Positions 24,945 through 38,748 of a stretch of 64,000 nucleotides of DNA are shown in pieces. Source of the stretch: Tubiluchus corallicola (Eukaryota > Animalia > Priapulida); NCBI GenBank assembly GCA_030141605.1, contig JAQGDQ010000012.1, positions 1,072,359 to 1,136,358 of the forward strand, given 5' to 3'. A program made the position numbers and the translations under genes. The first letter of the stretch is position 1. Each line of letters begins with the position of its first letter. A model generated the notes under the pieces. That model searched no databases and was not told the DNA's origin. It saw only the letters and a list, made by a program, of their open reading frames with translations.

Positions 24945-27900
24945 TATATAGACATAGACATAGACATTTTTATTTATCTCCTCATTTACACCTGTATACA
25001 AATTGACTAATTATTATTTTTTAGTTATTGATTAAAAAGGATAAATTAAGCATAAAGGAATGAGTTAAGGGGGGTGCAGGAGAAAGGGTAGCGAAAGACC
25101 AATTGGTCATCGAGTCAGCTACCCTTCTCAGGTTAGTGAAAATTGTAAAAAATTTGTGGTGCTGCTGTTAACATGAATTTATGGGGGGATACATTAAACA
25201 TGAAAGTGAAACAACTAAGTAAGCTATGCAACAAAGAAATAAAATGAAAAATATGAAATGATGATTAACAAAATATGTAAAGCATTTAACTAACCGATTA
25301 AAACAAAAAACTAGAAAAAAGTCAAACCAAAAAACAAAAAAAAACATAAATAATAAATCAGTGAAAGAAACAAAATATGTAGTAATAAACTCAAACAAAA
25401 TAAAATATAGCAATGGGTTACAAAGTTTAGAGAAGGAGGGGATGGCGAAAGACCAAAAGGTCATCTAGTCTGCTATCCCTACACAGTGAGTCTACTAATT
25501 TCAACATGGCGAGCAAATATTATTAGAACAAAATAAAGACTAGTATAGGAAAACAGATCAAAATTAAATTAATAGCAAACAATTATGATAAATGAAATTA
25601 CCATATTACGCAAAACAAAGTGAAAACAAAATTAATTATAAAGCAGAGTTCTATGTGCAAAACTACCTAATTAACAGCAAAATAGTTAACAAATTAATTT
25701 GGCTATGCAATAGTGGCACTAAAAGAAGCAAAACTGCATGTACCTGTAAGGCCATAATGGTTTTAAACTAAATGAATAATAAATAACTGTATATTATTAA
25801 TGCTATTTTTAATATGATTATCGACCAAAAATGACTAATAAATTTAATAAGGTAAATATCACTGATAAACGCAATCCAAAAGTGTGTTTCATAATAATTA
25901 TATTAATGATATTATGGTAAGACCATTTTAACTATTATATTAATACTATTCAAACCTGGTTATATTATTTTAAATTTAAAGAGATATGCCATTTATGATT
26001 AAAGTGTATTAGGTTTATAAGGTACGGTACGGTTACAAGTATGGTAAATAATTAATACTGGTGTGGTCATGTTTGAACTTGTGCATTACTTATAACAAGA
26101 CAACATTGTAAGTACAGGTTTAGGTTGACTGTTAGTTAATTAATGATGATGCAATAAAGCAGTCAACATAAACAGTAATAAAATAAACTAGCAGCAGAGA
26201 TGGCAGACAAGAAAAAGAAAAGCAAATTTAAATGTAAATAGATAGTGTTTTAAACTGTATTACCAAACAATATAATTTCTTTATCTTTAATTGGCACTAT
26301 AATTATGTATTAAATTCAATGTATACTAGTTGGCTAATGCATGTAGTGAGTTTGTATTTTTATTTGCACTACCCAGCTTATTCCATAAAATTACACCTCT
26401 GTGCTTAATAGAATTATCAACCCCGATAATGTCTGATACCTAGTTTGATAAAATTCGTCACTTGTAGCAGACCTTATTGAATAATTGTGTATTTGACTAA
26501 TTTTTACAAAATAGTTATTGTATAATTCAGGGAACAGATTGTTAGTATATCTGTACATAAATTTAGCTAGTTCCAGTTTGCAAATGTGTCTTAGTTTTAG
26601 TAGTTGGAGGTTGATGTATGAATGAGTTGCATGATCGCGAATTTTGGCAAATGTTATTATTTTTACAATTTTGTTTTGTGCAGTCATCACAGGCTATAGT
26701 GCACTAGCAGATGCAGTTCCCCAACTTAATACATAATACTGCAAGTAGGGGTAAACCAGGGGTAAACCATTTTAAGAGTTGAGATGTCCACATAATGTCT
26801 TAATTTTGTCATCATACCAATAGTTTTGTTCATTTTAGATGAAATATTTTGCATATGCATGTACCAAGACAATTTATAGTCTATGAAGATGCCAAGATAT
26901 TTGATGTATAGTACTTGCTGGATGAGGCTATTATTCATACATACTTCGAAGTTGTCAGGAATATTAATGGATTTTCTAGATATTATCATATACTTCGTTT
27001 TATTTAAGTTAACGGTCAGACAATTGGAGTATAACCACTTTTCTGCTTTGACTAATTCTTAATTTGCTCTCAGCTCGAGGTTTACAATATTAGTATCTTC
27101 TAAGGAAGAGATTGGTATCATCAGCAAATAGTCTATGGTTAAAATCGGAGCCATTGGGTAAGTCATTTATGTACAGCAAAAATAGTAATAGACCGAGTGT
27201 TGAGGCTTGAGGGACACCACCAAACGACTGTACAAAGATCAGAATAGTGATTATTGAATGAAGTGAAATGTTGTCGATTGTGCAAATAGGATTTGGAAAG
27301 ATGAAGTGCATGCCCACGTACCCCATAATGCTCAAGTTTTTTTAGTGGGATTTTGTGATTTATCCAGTAACTAAGTTCTGATCCAGACTGAGAAGAAGAT
27401 TATCGACAATTTCTGCACATGCCAGTGCTGTAGAGTGGTTTTTCCGGAAACCGAACTGATATTTGGTACTAATATTGTGCTTGACAAGAAAACAACGCAA
27501 TCTGCTATAAATTAAAGATTCAAAGATTTTATATAGAGGGAACAGAAGTGAAATGGGGCGATAGATAGATGGGTTGTTGTGGTCACCTGCTTTAAAAATT
27601 GGAATTAGTTTAGCTAATTTAAGTAAATCAGGAAATACAGAAGCAGTTGGGTGCGAGGACATTACCAGCAATTTTATAGAAGTAAACAGGAATGTCGTCT
27701 GGCCCAGGTGCTTTATTTTGATTTAAGTTACTTATGGCAGTGTGTACTTCCTGTTCCTGTACAGGAGTAATAAATAAGGAGTGTGGATTAGCATTACCCA
27801 TGTAGTCTAGATATACTTGACCACCAGCTTGCGTAATTCTATTAACGAGATTAGTACCAATATTTGCAAAAAACTCGTTGAACTGATTAGCTATCACTGT

Positions 27901-29150
27901 TGGATCTTTTGTTTCAGCTCCATTAAAAGCTATCTTGTTAGGAAGTATATGTGATTTATTTTTAATTCGAACAACGTCATTAATGTTAAGCCATGTTTTT
28001 TCATGTTATTTTTATTTTCTGTTAGAAGTTTATTAAAGTAATTTTTCTTGGATTGTTCTTTGATATGGTTTAGTTTATTTGAATAATTATTGTATTGCCG
28101 TTTTTATATAGTGAATTAGATAGTTTGTGTGACGTGTACATTTTGCTATGAGTTTTAATAGATTGTAATATACCAGTAGTTACCCATGGTTTACTAAAAG
28201 TTTGTTTTTTCGAGAAAGAGTTTTTAGAGGTACATGGATGTTCACTGTTTGTAAAAACTGTTCTGCGAACTTATTAAAGAAGCCATTTATGTCATCATCA
28301 CGTGCATCTAAGTTAGTCATATTTCTTTGTAGCTCGTTTATGAATAATTGACAGCTAACGTTTTTTGTGGATCTAATGTTTTTCTTATATTGTTGTTTAT
28401 AAAGATGAGCAGATTTTGTTAAAGCAAATATAGGAAGGTGATCAGAAACTTTATACAGAATGGCACCTGCATATATGGGTGTATTGGTACAAATTGATTA
28501 GAGAACACTGTATTGATAGAGTCATTTATACATGTTTTCTTTTGCTGTTGCAGCAGGTCAATATTGATATCCCCACAGATATACCCTGTTTTGCCTGATT
28601 TATTGATTTTACTTAAGGATTCACTTAATTCTTCATGGAAATGAGGCACAGAATTATTGGGATGTCTATATATGACACTAAAAATTATTGTTTTTTTATT
28701 GTTGATTGGGGTAAGTTCAAGCCAGATGTCTTCAACTTGAATTCTGCTAACTGTGTTTGGTGCTTTTAGTACACTTAATTTTTAAATCTGGCCTCTCAGT
28801 ATACTGCAATTTATATATATATATATATGTATATACCTACTCCCCCTGCTAGTGAAGAAGAGTTTTGCTGAAGAATATTTGGTATCCTGGTATGTGGCAG
28901 AAAAATGCCGAGTTAACATGAAGTCGAGTTTCTGATATTGCAATAATATCAGGCATCTCGTTAAAAGCATGCAAAACATCACACATACTGCTAAAGTTTT
29001 TAGTAAGACTGTTAGTATTGAAATGGATTAGTAAGAGATCTGCTGGTGATTTAGATAAGCTTCGGTCAGTATTTAGAGTAGGAAGGTTAAAGTACTTACA
29101 CTCGTGCTGCAATCTATAATTATCAGGATCAATAGGGTTCTGAATACTCC
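24945..29150 (-). mobile_element. Decayed CR1-group (CR1/L2/Crack-like) LINE: APE + RT ORF2 with frameshifts, long 3' UTR, stem-loops and (TCTATG)n tail
   Basis: Ordered minus-strand fragments: HFNTNSL, DIIAISETRL, GDINIDLL (endonuclease); KAPGPDDIP, YRPISLL, QFGFRKNHST, GVPQASTLGLLLFLLYINDL, LFADDTNLF (RT); KYLGIFID. CR1-type 3' hairpins at 25080-25129 and 25437-25480. Confidence 0.85.
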
Positions 29151-29164
29151 ATGTCCTTTAGCCC

Positions 29165-29520
29165 TGGGACTGATTTGGTGACCACTCTATTGTCTCGATA
29201 GGTTGGTGATGACAAGATGTGGTTCCGTACCACTGATGCATATTCCAGATGAGGTCTAACAATATATATATAGCCTCATAACCATATTGTTTTGATAACC
29301 ATCCCTAGTTGTCTTCTTGCAGTTTTTACCTTTTCCAAATTATGTCTGTTGAAGAAGTTGTTATCCACATACTCGCAAGGCCTCTTTCCACTTGTACATT
29401 GTTCACGTCCAAGTTCACATATGTTGTTTCCATCTGGTATATAATATTCCTCATGCTTGTGTGTGTTTATATGTAGTATATGACACTTTGATGGATTCAA
29501 TCTCATCTGAAACTATTCAC
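29165..29520 (-). mobile_element. Separate CR1 LINE fragment (post-RT region)
   Basis: MRLNPSKCHILH and, in another frame, VRPHLEYASVV are typical CR1 ORF2 C-terminal motifs. Confidence 0.65.
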
Positions 29521-29791
29521 ATGAATTGTAAAGATGAGAAAGTAACCATTGTTTTGTGCTGGTAAGCAGAGTTAATATATATGTCTGCACCAAGCAATCA
29601 ATATTATAAAGTTTCTAAAAATGCCACCATTAAGTCGTGCCATATAAGAATAATGTGATTGGTATAAGAATTGTATAAGACTGACAGGTATAAGAGTATT
29701 ATGATTCACTGATATCACCATTTCAGACTGAAATGCTTATACATGTATTCTTATGGTTAAGTATTATATTCTTTCAGGATAAGACAAGACC

Positions 29792-32700
29792 ATGGCTAAT
29801 GATGTGAACCAGAATTATGAATCCGTGGAAGCTCTTCGCGTGTCACAGGTATTATAGAATAAAAACTGAATGTACCAAATGTAAGATTTCTTTGCCTGAT
29901 GTGGGTGACACCATAGGCTGCTGTAAAATAATTAAAATGAATAATTGTAACAATTTTTGCCTATAGGCATTAGAAACTATCATAAAGGTATAAACTATTT
30001 TTAAATTGTAGTAAATTTTTATTTTTAGTACCTATGTATTTTGAGATTATCATATTTTTATGTTCATGTGAGATCTGATAAATTTAACAAAAGCGCCTAC
30101 AGACATTTAGATAAGTAAAAAACCATACTTATAAGCATAGAGGAGTGGTTTGCTGTCTTTAATAAAAAGGGAGTCTGCTTTTTTGTTTTCCAAAAATCAC
30201 TCCAGTAAGATAGCATGTACCACTTGAAGGATAGGAGATGGCATTTTGGGTTTATTTTACTGTTATGACTCAGACTTAGAAAAATATAACAAAAAAAGTT
30301 GTAGAAAACTGTGTGTAAAACACAAAGTTAATTTATACTACCACTGTTTAGAAATTTTCTGACGCAATGGTAGCCACCATTCACTTGAAAATTATTACAT
30401 AATTGGTGGACATCCTGACTTTTCGTAATCGCATAGTGGCTTTCCACAAGTATGTACGGCTAAAACTAATATAAACTTCCACAGCTTAGGTACTGTTCAT
30501 GGAAAAATATTACAAAATTAGCTATCTTAAGTTTTTCTAAAAATTTATTATACTTTTGATGGAAATTGACAGTTTGCTGCTTTTCTTCAGTCAATGAACG
30601 GCGTCACTGGTGTTCAAAATGGGAGTGTGAAATGATCGTGATTAAAAAGTAATTTTACTAATTACAGGCGGTGCTTATCGGACTTTTATTACTAAATTCT
30701 TCTAACATTTTTCGTGAACACCGAAATAAGCCTAATTCCCATAGGCAAGGGCTTTCCTTTAAGAATCTGTCATGGTGGAAATCCATGATGCCATCATTAC
30801 GAAAACTTGTTTTTTGATTTGCTCACATGTTTGCAGTTTCTGGCTTTTGTATCAAAATCTGGCAAAGCGATGATTAATCAAATTTATTGGAACTCTACTA
30901 TGATTGTTTTAATATCTTGATTTTAATAGCTGCTAGTGTTGTTGAAAGTCTTGTTGAAAAATTCATTAATTGCTCATCAATTGTTTGCAGCTTGATTCTG
31001 CACTTCTGGACCTTGAGGTCTTGCAGTTGATGCAAAATCAGTGGAGCAAGGCTTTTAAATATTGCAAGGTAAGGGGTGTATTAGTGGTCTAGTTCAGACA
31101 GTGACCAAGAACCTAGAGTAGGCAAAAATAAGCAGTGTATATGTAATCTCGTATACACAATTCAGCTGCTGCTTGGAAGTTCTTATGAAACTCCTAGCAT
31201 AACATAATTTAATAATCTTCCTGAGAAACATCAACACCTAACAGTAAGTAATTTTAATAAAGTTTCGTTGTTTTCAAAATTAATTGAATTGATATTAAGT
31301 AATATCACTAACTTTTCTTAGTCATTGTTGCCAGTGATTACGTGTTGTATTATCCATATTGACCTGGAAATGTTGAAGTTTAAAAGTTAGTAATATAAAA
31401 AATCTGTTGATTTTCTGTGCCCTTCCCATACACAGAATAGCAAAGGTTTTTTTAACAAATATCCCATTCTCTTACTTTTGCATGGAAGCCAATGGCAAGC
31501 GAGCATTTTATGTACGTATTCAATTCAGTAAATGCTAACTAAAAGCAAATTTGGCTATTGGCATATTAATTATCTTCATTCTTCTACATTGGTTTATCAC
31601 AACATACAGAAAGTTTGTAATATAGTTTTTATCTGTAGCATAAGCCATTTTACGTTTCTTTATAAAACAGTGTGTGCTGTAATTATTTTTGCACTGAGAA
31701 AATTGTTTCACTACTAGCCAGTCTGCTTTCATTTTATTGTGCGCACCTTAAAGTAACCACAATGAAAAGTAACAACATGATTTCACATGTACTAATTTGC
31801 AGATGACATAGCACCCCTAGAAACTGTGAATTTTATAAATTTTTACTCATTAATTTATTCAATAAGTTGATCGTTTACTTTCTTTCTCAGTAATAAGGTT
31901 TTGCTTGCAGTACTTATTAGAACTCGTTTTTGGTACATTTTTGACAACTGCAAACTGTTAGGTCAAGTAGTGTAGAGAGTTATCTGTCATCTTTTTGCAA
32001 ATATTTTACAAGTTTTAAAAATACTCCAAATTCAGCAAATTCTGTCACTTCGGAGCAGCTGAAAGTGCTTAGACCTCTCCAATTTTAATGCCTGCATGCA
32101 CAGGGGACACTTGCGGAGTCATTTTTCCTTTTTTCAAAGTTGAAACAACCTAAAGCGATTCTGTTTATTGATAACTTTAACTGAATTTAGCAGTTTAAAA
32201 TTTGAATAATTCCAGAGCTTAAGCAGCTGTGTTTAGAATCCAGTGCAAGCTATCTTCTATAACTTCAATAACTTTGTACTTTGGAAGTTTAAGAAGCTGC
32301 TTAACAATTTGAGGAGAATCACAAGTTAGAGGGGCAATTGACATAGCTTAGTTTTCGCTACCAACCTAACTTAGTGACCAAAGTTTCGAATGCTAGGTTT
32401 TGTTAGTAAATAGATGGCTGACCTCTAGAAAACCATTAGCAGGTCATTTCAGTTATTTCTCTCATTGAATAAGGATGTTTAAACACAAGAACATAGTTAA
32501 GACACCTCTGCCAGTTCAGTATTTCATTTTAGAGGATTAGCTCATTTGATTTTCTATTCTTTGTTTTTTGTAGCTGAACAAAATTGCTGCAATTCAGCCT
32601 GAACTGGAGGCTGTGATTGCTGTTTTGATATGGAAGGTTAGTTTTTTGTAACTTTATATTTTATTAGTTCTGTTTAACATATAATTCTGTGCAGGAGTGT

Positions 32701-35700
32701 AGAAGTTGCTTGTTATGTTCAGGCTACGAGACAGGATTTCTTTCTAAACCCCTTTTAACAGCTGAAGTACCGGAAACAATTGAACTAAGTTTATTGAGTC
32801 TAGAAACCCTATACTTGGATATTTCATTCTGGGTCCAAACGATTCTTGTTGTATAAACTTCATTTTAAGTGTTACCTCTACATGCCTGTTTTATCAGTAG
32901 ACCGGTTAATTTTAATTTCTTAATATATTACTTACTATTCAGTTCAAAGAGCTAATGTAATTTTGTATTGACATTATTGCCTCAAGATTGTTGACTTCAG
33001 AAAAGTATTTCGTGTTTAGTTCAATAGTTCATAGATGTGTTGCGATAATTAGATTTTCTGTTCATTGACATGTAATTTTTACAAAAAATCATGTGTATAG
33101 TATTAAGTCAAAAAAGCCATCAAATGTTTTGATATGTAGCATCAACATTGCATGTGTATTGTCACTTTTCAGTATACGCTTTTGGCTAGAGATGCAACAA
33201 TTGGGCAAGAACTATTGGACATTAAATACCTGCATCAGTCAACCAAGCACCCAATTTCTTATCGAGCCAAACTTATTTTTGCTTTTGTGATCACGGGAAA
33301 CCGCTACTTGAAGAACAGGATGTTTGATATACTGAATTTGGTGTCACTTAATCGTAATGACAGAGTGGGTATTGTGCACATACTAGAAAGTAAAATGCCT
33401 ATTAAATGTTTGTTATTGTGCACATCTTACATTTCAGAGTGCAATATAGCTCATACAGTTATTTTTGCATTTTAAGTTTAAGAGTTAGGAAGTGAAACAA
33501 AAGCTTTATGTGTAATATGAAGTAAATCTAGTAAAATAAAAAGCTTGACAGTTTCAATTATATTGTAATAATATCATGAGATAGTGAATAGCTGGATAGT
33601 CACAGTGTATGTGTGGCTATAAAGTTGCATGACCATTGGGAAAACTACTTCTGCGTGGTTTCACCGGATATGCTACCTTTGTTTTCTCCTTGTGGCAGGA
33701 TGTATGGGCAACTAAGACACCTCTGGTTCAGTGTCTTACCTCAGTATGTGTTTTTGGTTTGCCCTTACACTGAGTGCTAGATTCTGGCTTGCAGCGTGCA
33801 GGATTGTATAGAAAAAATTGCCTATTTATGCACATTTTTGATATTTGTCAGAATAGTGTACTTATCTTCTTTTGCAGTAGTGATGGTGTCACTCACTAAG
33901 CTCTTGAAGGTAAAAATTGTGCTGTATCTTGTATAAATATGTTTTTGTTTCACACTAGCTATATAACGAAATAATCACTTAGTGTCATAGCTTATGATAG
34001 GTCTTGCTCAATAATTTCGTTTTTAAGAGACAGTTTTTCGATACTTGCATATACTTCTTGTGTTCAGGTTATAAAGTTTCTACACTGGTTGGAAACATCA
34101 ATCAAAATTGCCTCTCTTGCCAATTTTCTAGTCTTCCTATGTCAAGGTCATTACCAACTGCTTTTGGAAAGAATTTTTGGATTTCGGGCATATTTTTCTA
34201 AGCAGCCAACTTTGAGACAGGTTAGATTGTTGTAGAATTAACTTAGTAAATATAATTAACAAACCTAAATCAACAAATTTTAAGAATTTTTTTCGAAATA
34301 AAAAGACTAAAGTATCCATATTGCATCAGGGATAGTTATAACTTTATTACCACATCACCTGATCAGATATTTTTGTGTTTATCTCAGTTGCTATAATGTT
34401 TGATTTGTGTTATTATTAATTATGGCGACTACTCTATGCAAACGAATGCTTCCTATGTCATGTAATGAAAACAAGAATGGCAGACATCATATTGGCTATG
34501 TATTCAATACTTTATATGGGTATGGTATGGCACAATGCAGACATCATACAAACTGTCAACTCCACTTCACCTTGTAAAGCTTTGATTGTGACTTGGAAAG
34601 GAAATTATTACTTTAGTTTATAGCAATAATAGCATACATTTATTTTTTTTATTTGGCTGTGAGTTTACTTTTAATGGGCATAGCCGCTACATGCATTCCA
34701 CAGATTGCTGGAATGATTGGATATAATTGCCATCTTGTTGTTGGTTTCTTGCCATGCTACCTAATGTCGAGAAAAGTAAGCATACATTTGCAAATGTGGT
34801 CCGGTTTCCTTCACCTGTTGGGGTTACCTCTATTGCTTTATTTTTATTTATTTTTAACCTTAACTTTTTTACATTTTTTTTAGCTGAGCTACGAATATAT
34901 GAATCGGGAGTTACTCTGGCATGGTTTTGCGGTATGTGCAATGTTCATGTTCATTTCATAACTGATATTTTGATGCATTTGTTGAATTATCTTTGATTTT
35001 TATTGAGTTTCTTTGTTTTTCACACAAAATGCTCTTTAATATACAAGTTGGAAAGAACAAACCAGTTAATAAAGTAACTGGTGACTGTGTATGTAAGCTT
35101 TGAGGTCGTAGATGTTGTCATACATGGGCTCCATTGTAAGGCATTATTTCACTTGTTCTTCTAGAGATTTGTAGCACTAGCACCTCATCTAGCCATTTGC
35201 GTAAAAATAGGACTCCATGTGTGTGTAATGTTTGATGCTTGATCAGTGATGCATAGTGCACATACATCAATGTGGAAGTGTTTCCATACGTACATATTGC
35301 ACAATCTGTAATGCATAATGCGTGATTCATATTTACTCTAACATATTCGCTATCGTCCGATCATGCAGCACTCATCATACAGCAATATGCAGATAGGAAA
35401 TTGCTGTTGCCTAAGTGATTTAGCGATTTTTCAAGTTTCCGGTGACCATTGTCGCTGAATTTGCTTCCTGGTCAGGTGAGTTTTGGTCACTGGACCTATA
35501 CACAGTAATATTTCTTTCAATTGATTTTTGAGAGGTGGAAGAAGCATTACAATTAAGTTGTTCTGTATCTATTTGCACTAAATGGTGATACGTGCCATGT
35601 TGTTTTCTCCCCTGCAAAATATTATGCATCGAAAACTTGCTTTCTTACCAATTTTTCTGCCCTGTAGTAAAAAATTTAAGCTAATATGCTACCACCTTGA

Positions 35701-38700
35701 TTAATTTGTGATCATTGTCATGCTGAAATTTCGACTTAGCCGTTGCTTCCAATTTTACGTTGTAAGATTGTTAATAGATATAACATTCACGGACTCATGG
35801 AAACAGTTTAACAGGCAATAGTACGCATTACTCATTATAGATCACAGACCACGCATCACATATTACATGCACATGGAGTCCTACCTTAAATTACAAAGAT
35901 GCGATGTAAATAACATTATGATTTGACGAATGTTTGAAATAAATGTCTATTTTGAAGGACGGTCTTAGTTAGAAAATATGAAACTTCTACATGGATTTGG
36001 GAGTTAAAGGAAAGGACAGGTTGTTTAGCATGTTGGGTTTATTTTACTGTTACCACTTAAACTTAGGTAAATATGACAAAGAAATTTGCAAAAAACTGTT
36101 TGCAATACATAAAGTTGATTTATACTACTGCCACATAGAAATTTTCATGTGCGGTGTTAGCCCTCATTTACTTGTAAATTTTCGTAAGCGCATCATGGAC
36201 TTTGGTAAGCATGCGCTGCTTAAAGTAATTCAAACTTCTGCAGCTTTCCTAATCTTTATGCAAAATTATCACAAAATTAGCAGTCTAAATTTTTTGCAAA
36301 TATTATACTTTGGACAGTGCACTGCTTTTCTTCAGTTGATGAGTGACATCATTGGTGGAAAAAACGGCATTCAAAACGGGAGTGCCCAGCATGAAGTGAT
36401 CACTATTTCAGCAACATGACTTTTTCAATTACATGAGACACTGATCACTTTTTTATTACTAAGTCAAACATTTTTTGCAAACATTGAAACAAGCCTAGCT
36501 TCCCAGAAGGCTCGACCCTTCCTATAAAAATTACATCGTACCTAAATTCAAAAGTGATTCAGCAATTGTTGATTTTGCATGTAAGTTTGAATGTCAGAGA
36601 CATTATACTGATACCATAGCAGCTAAGCATGTTATGCACATTTATTGACCGGGCTTGGTGTTGCCTACCTTGGTTATTAAACTGTCATACGTTTCGTTTT
36701 TATTTAATTCTTGCCAATCATTCTTGTTTGTATTGTTTTTATTGCTAGTCTATTCCATTCCAGGAGTTTCTGTTCTTTCTTCTGCCGCTGATTAATGTCC
36801 AGAGGTTGAAGAATTCGATCAAAAAAGTGTTTCGACCAGTTGTACCAACATCAGCTGCTACTCCTAGTCAAAAGGATATGGCTTATTGTGTTGTTTGTGG
36901 TTTGTCACCATGTGTACCACACATTATGGGTTGTCAGCATGTGTTCTGTTATTATTGTTTAATGGTATGTAAAGCATATTCATCAGAAATGTGTGCATAG
37001 CAATATCAAAAAGTAGTAGTATAAAAAGTGCAAGTTTCAATGTCATTTCCCACGGTATCCTACCCTCGTTTAATGTGACATTTGTATTTTCTTCATCTGT
37101 TCCGCAAATAGTAGTCCAAACACTGGTGGGTGATACCTGAAGCTAGTCAGATAACATGGAGTTCCCAACATCGAATGTAGTCGCAGCTGTTCTGTTAATA
37201 CTTTTTTATACAGTTTGACACTGTACAAGTTGAATGCAGTACATATCGAAGCATCACTGTTGTGGGACCTGATCAGTCATCATTGAACAATTTACTGAAA
37301 TGAGACCCTGAATCGACAGAGCTACAGTGATGGTAGTAATGCCTTACAAAACGTAGAACTAAAATTGTGAAATTGCAAAGAGTAAGAATTTTTAGAAGTT
37401 AGTTTTTGTTACTGTAAGTAGTTCTTTTTTGTTTTTGGAACTTTCAATGGAAATAACAGTTACTTTTAAATTTGAATTTTTCTAGAATCAAACCAAGAGT
37501 TTTTTAACTGCATCTTGCGTAAATATGATAGTCTGCCATTATGCTTTTCCTCAGTTCCATTGATTGTTATTATACAGCAGTTTCTGCTGTTCGAGTCAGT
37601 AGCGTGACTTTGTTCTAGCATGAGCTTTCACATTCTCATATCATACCAGATATGATAACTTGCGAAACAGTTTCTTTTTGAAGGAACTGTAACTCTGTTG
37701 TTACTTTTCTGACAGTAATGAATCAACTGCAACTGTGACTATTATCTTTTTGACTATATAACTTCTAACTGTAACGAGTTACATTCTCCAAAATGTAACT
37801 GTAACTATAACAACTACATTAGTAAAGGAACTATCCCAACACCGCTGAGCTATCTTACCTGGATATGTTTGCTTCCTCCGTCAATGAAGTAATTAAGTGG
37901 GGCAGTATGGCGGATAAAACTGCTCATAAATGTATCCTCATCAATTTATTGATTAAGCTCGGCTTCAATTGATATGCCCAATTTCACTATTGTTACCATT
38001 CAGCTTTCCACTTGTCTTTGGAGTGAAATAATGTTAATGTTACCCTGAAAGATGTATTTGGACATTTTCATGTATTATCTCGTAACATTGTGAAAGGAAG
38101 TGATAATAAATTTAGCAAAAGTTTGCATAAGTTGTGTAGAAAATAGGAATTTTAATCAAAGAATTAATTGAGAAAAATGTTAGAGTATGTGGTGTCTTTT
38201 TAAATTAATTGTTTTGTCTTCTTGTATGTAAATAATATCTGTGCTTTTTGTTGTTGTCAGTGTTTAATATTTGTTTTTCTTTTACTACTAGTCTACTAAT
38301 TTCTTTTAATCGAACCACTTACGTAACTTAACTGTACAATGTATATTCGAAAATAAATGATGTTAATAATAGTATTAATACCCAGATTGGTCTGTCAAAA
38401 GTCAACAGATTGCTACATGAAGCTAATTGTATATATTGTAAATTAAAGATCAAACCTGCACATGTGCACTTTAAATGATTATCACTAAGAAATGTGCCTT
38501 TATGCCAGTACTGATATTTTTTTGCTGCTACGGAACATTACATTTGCTAATTGGCCATCAATTAGTGTAAGTGAATTTAAGAAACCGCATAGTAGTCAGA
38601 GTAAAGTTGTTGTCTTTCTTGACGTGTGTTTTTTTTATAGGGTAATGTGCAAGCTGACCCCAGATTTTCCTGTCCAGAATGTGGGATGAATGCAGAGAAT

Positions 38701-38748
38701 AGTGATGTCTACGTAATAAAAATCAAAGCGGAGAAGCCAGTTTCTTGA
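29792..38748 (+). CDS. PEX2: Peroxisome biogenesis factor 2 (RING peroxin), 8 coding exons, 299 aa
   Basis: GT-AG exons 29792-29848, 30991-31068, 32574-32636, 33173-33364, 34068-34220, 34884-34931, 36764-36964, 38641-38748 (900 nt). Motifs: LRVSQLDS, ATIGQELL.IKY, NFLVFL.QG...LLERI, [27 protein letters not shown], and C3HC4 RING CVVC..CQHVFCYYC..CPEC. An acceptor just upstream of the ATG implies a 5' UTR exon. Confidence 0.93.
30228..30758. mobile_element. Kolobok-like non-autonomous DNA element (copy 1, first PEX2 coding intron)
   Basis: Ends ttga|AGGATAGG ... CTTTCCT|TTAA; homologous along its length to 36008-36523 (ttgggtttattttactgtta, ctgcttttcttcagt, ttcaaaa.gggagtg, tttttattactaa). 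TTAA flanks with RR termini fit Kolobok. Confidence 0.55.
36008..36523. mobile_element. Kolobok-like non-autonomous DNA element (copy 2, sixth PEX2 coding intron)
   Basis: Ends TTAA|AGGAAAGG ... CCCTTCCT|ataa; collinear with 30228-30758. Confidence 0.55.
37325..37844. mobile_element. Non-autonomous hAT-type element with GTAAC subrepeats
   Basis: Termini CAGTGATGG / CCAACACCG, 8-bp TSD cagagcta / ctgagcta (7 of 8 match), and gttac/gtaac repeats in inverted arrangement. Confidence 0.65.

Noticed and set aside
35991-36419. 142-aa ORF nested in PEX2
   Set aside because: It lies in a Kolobok-like repeat and has no recognisable protein motif.
123-38748. XDH and PEX2 as a peroxisomal gene cluster; two methyltransferases as a biosynthetic cluster
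   Set aside because: No PTS1 on the XDH-like protein, an unrelated gene intervenes, and the methyltransferases belong to different families with different predicted locations; adjacency alone is not evidence.
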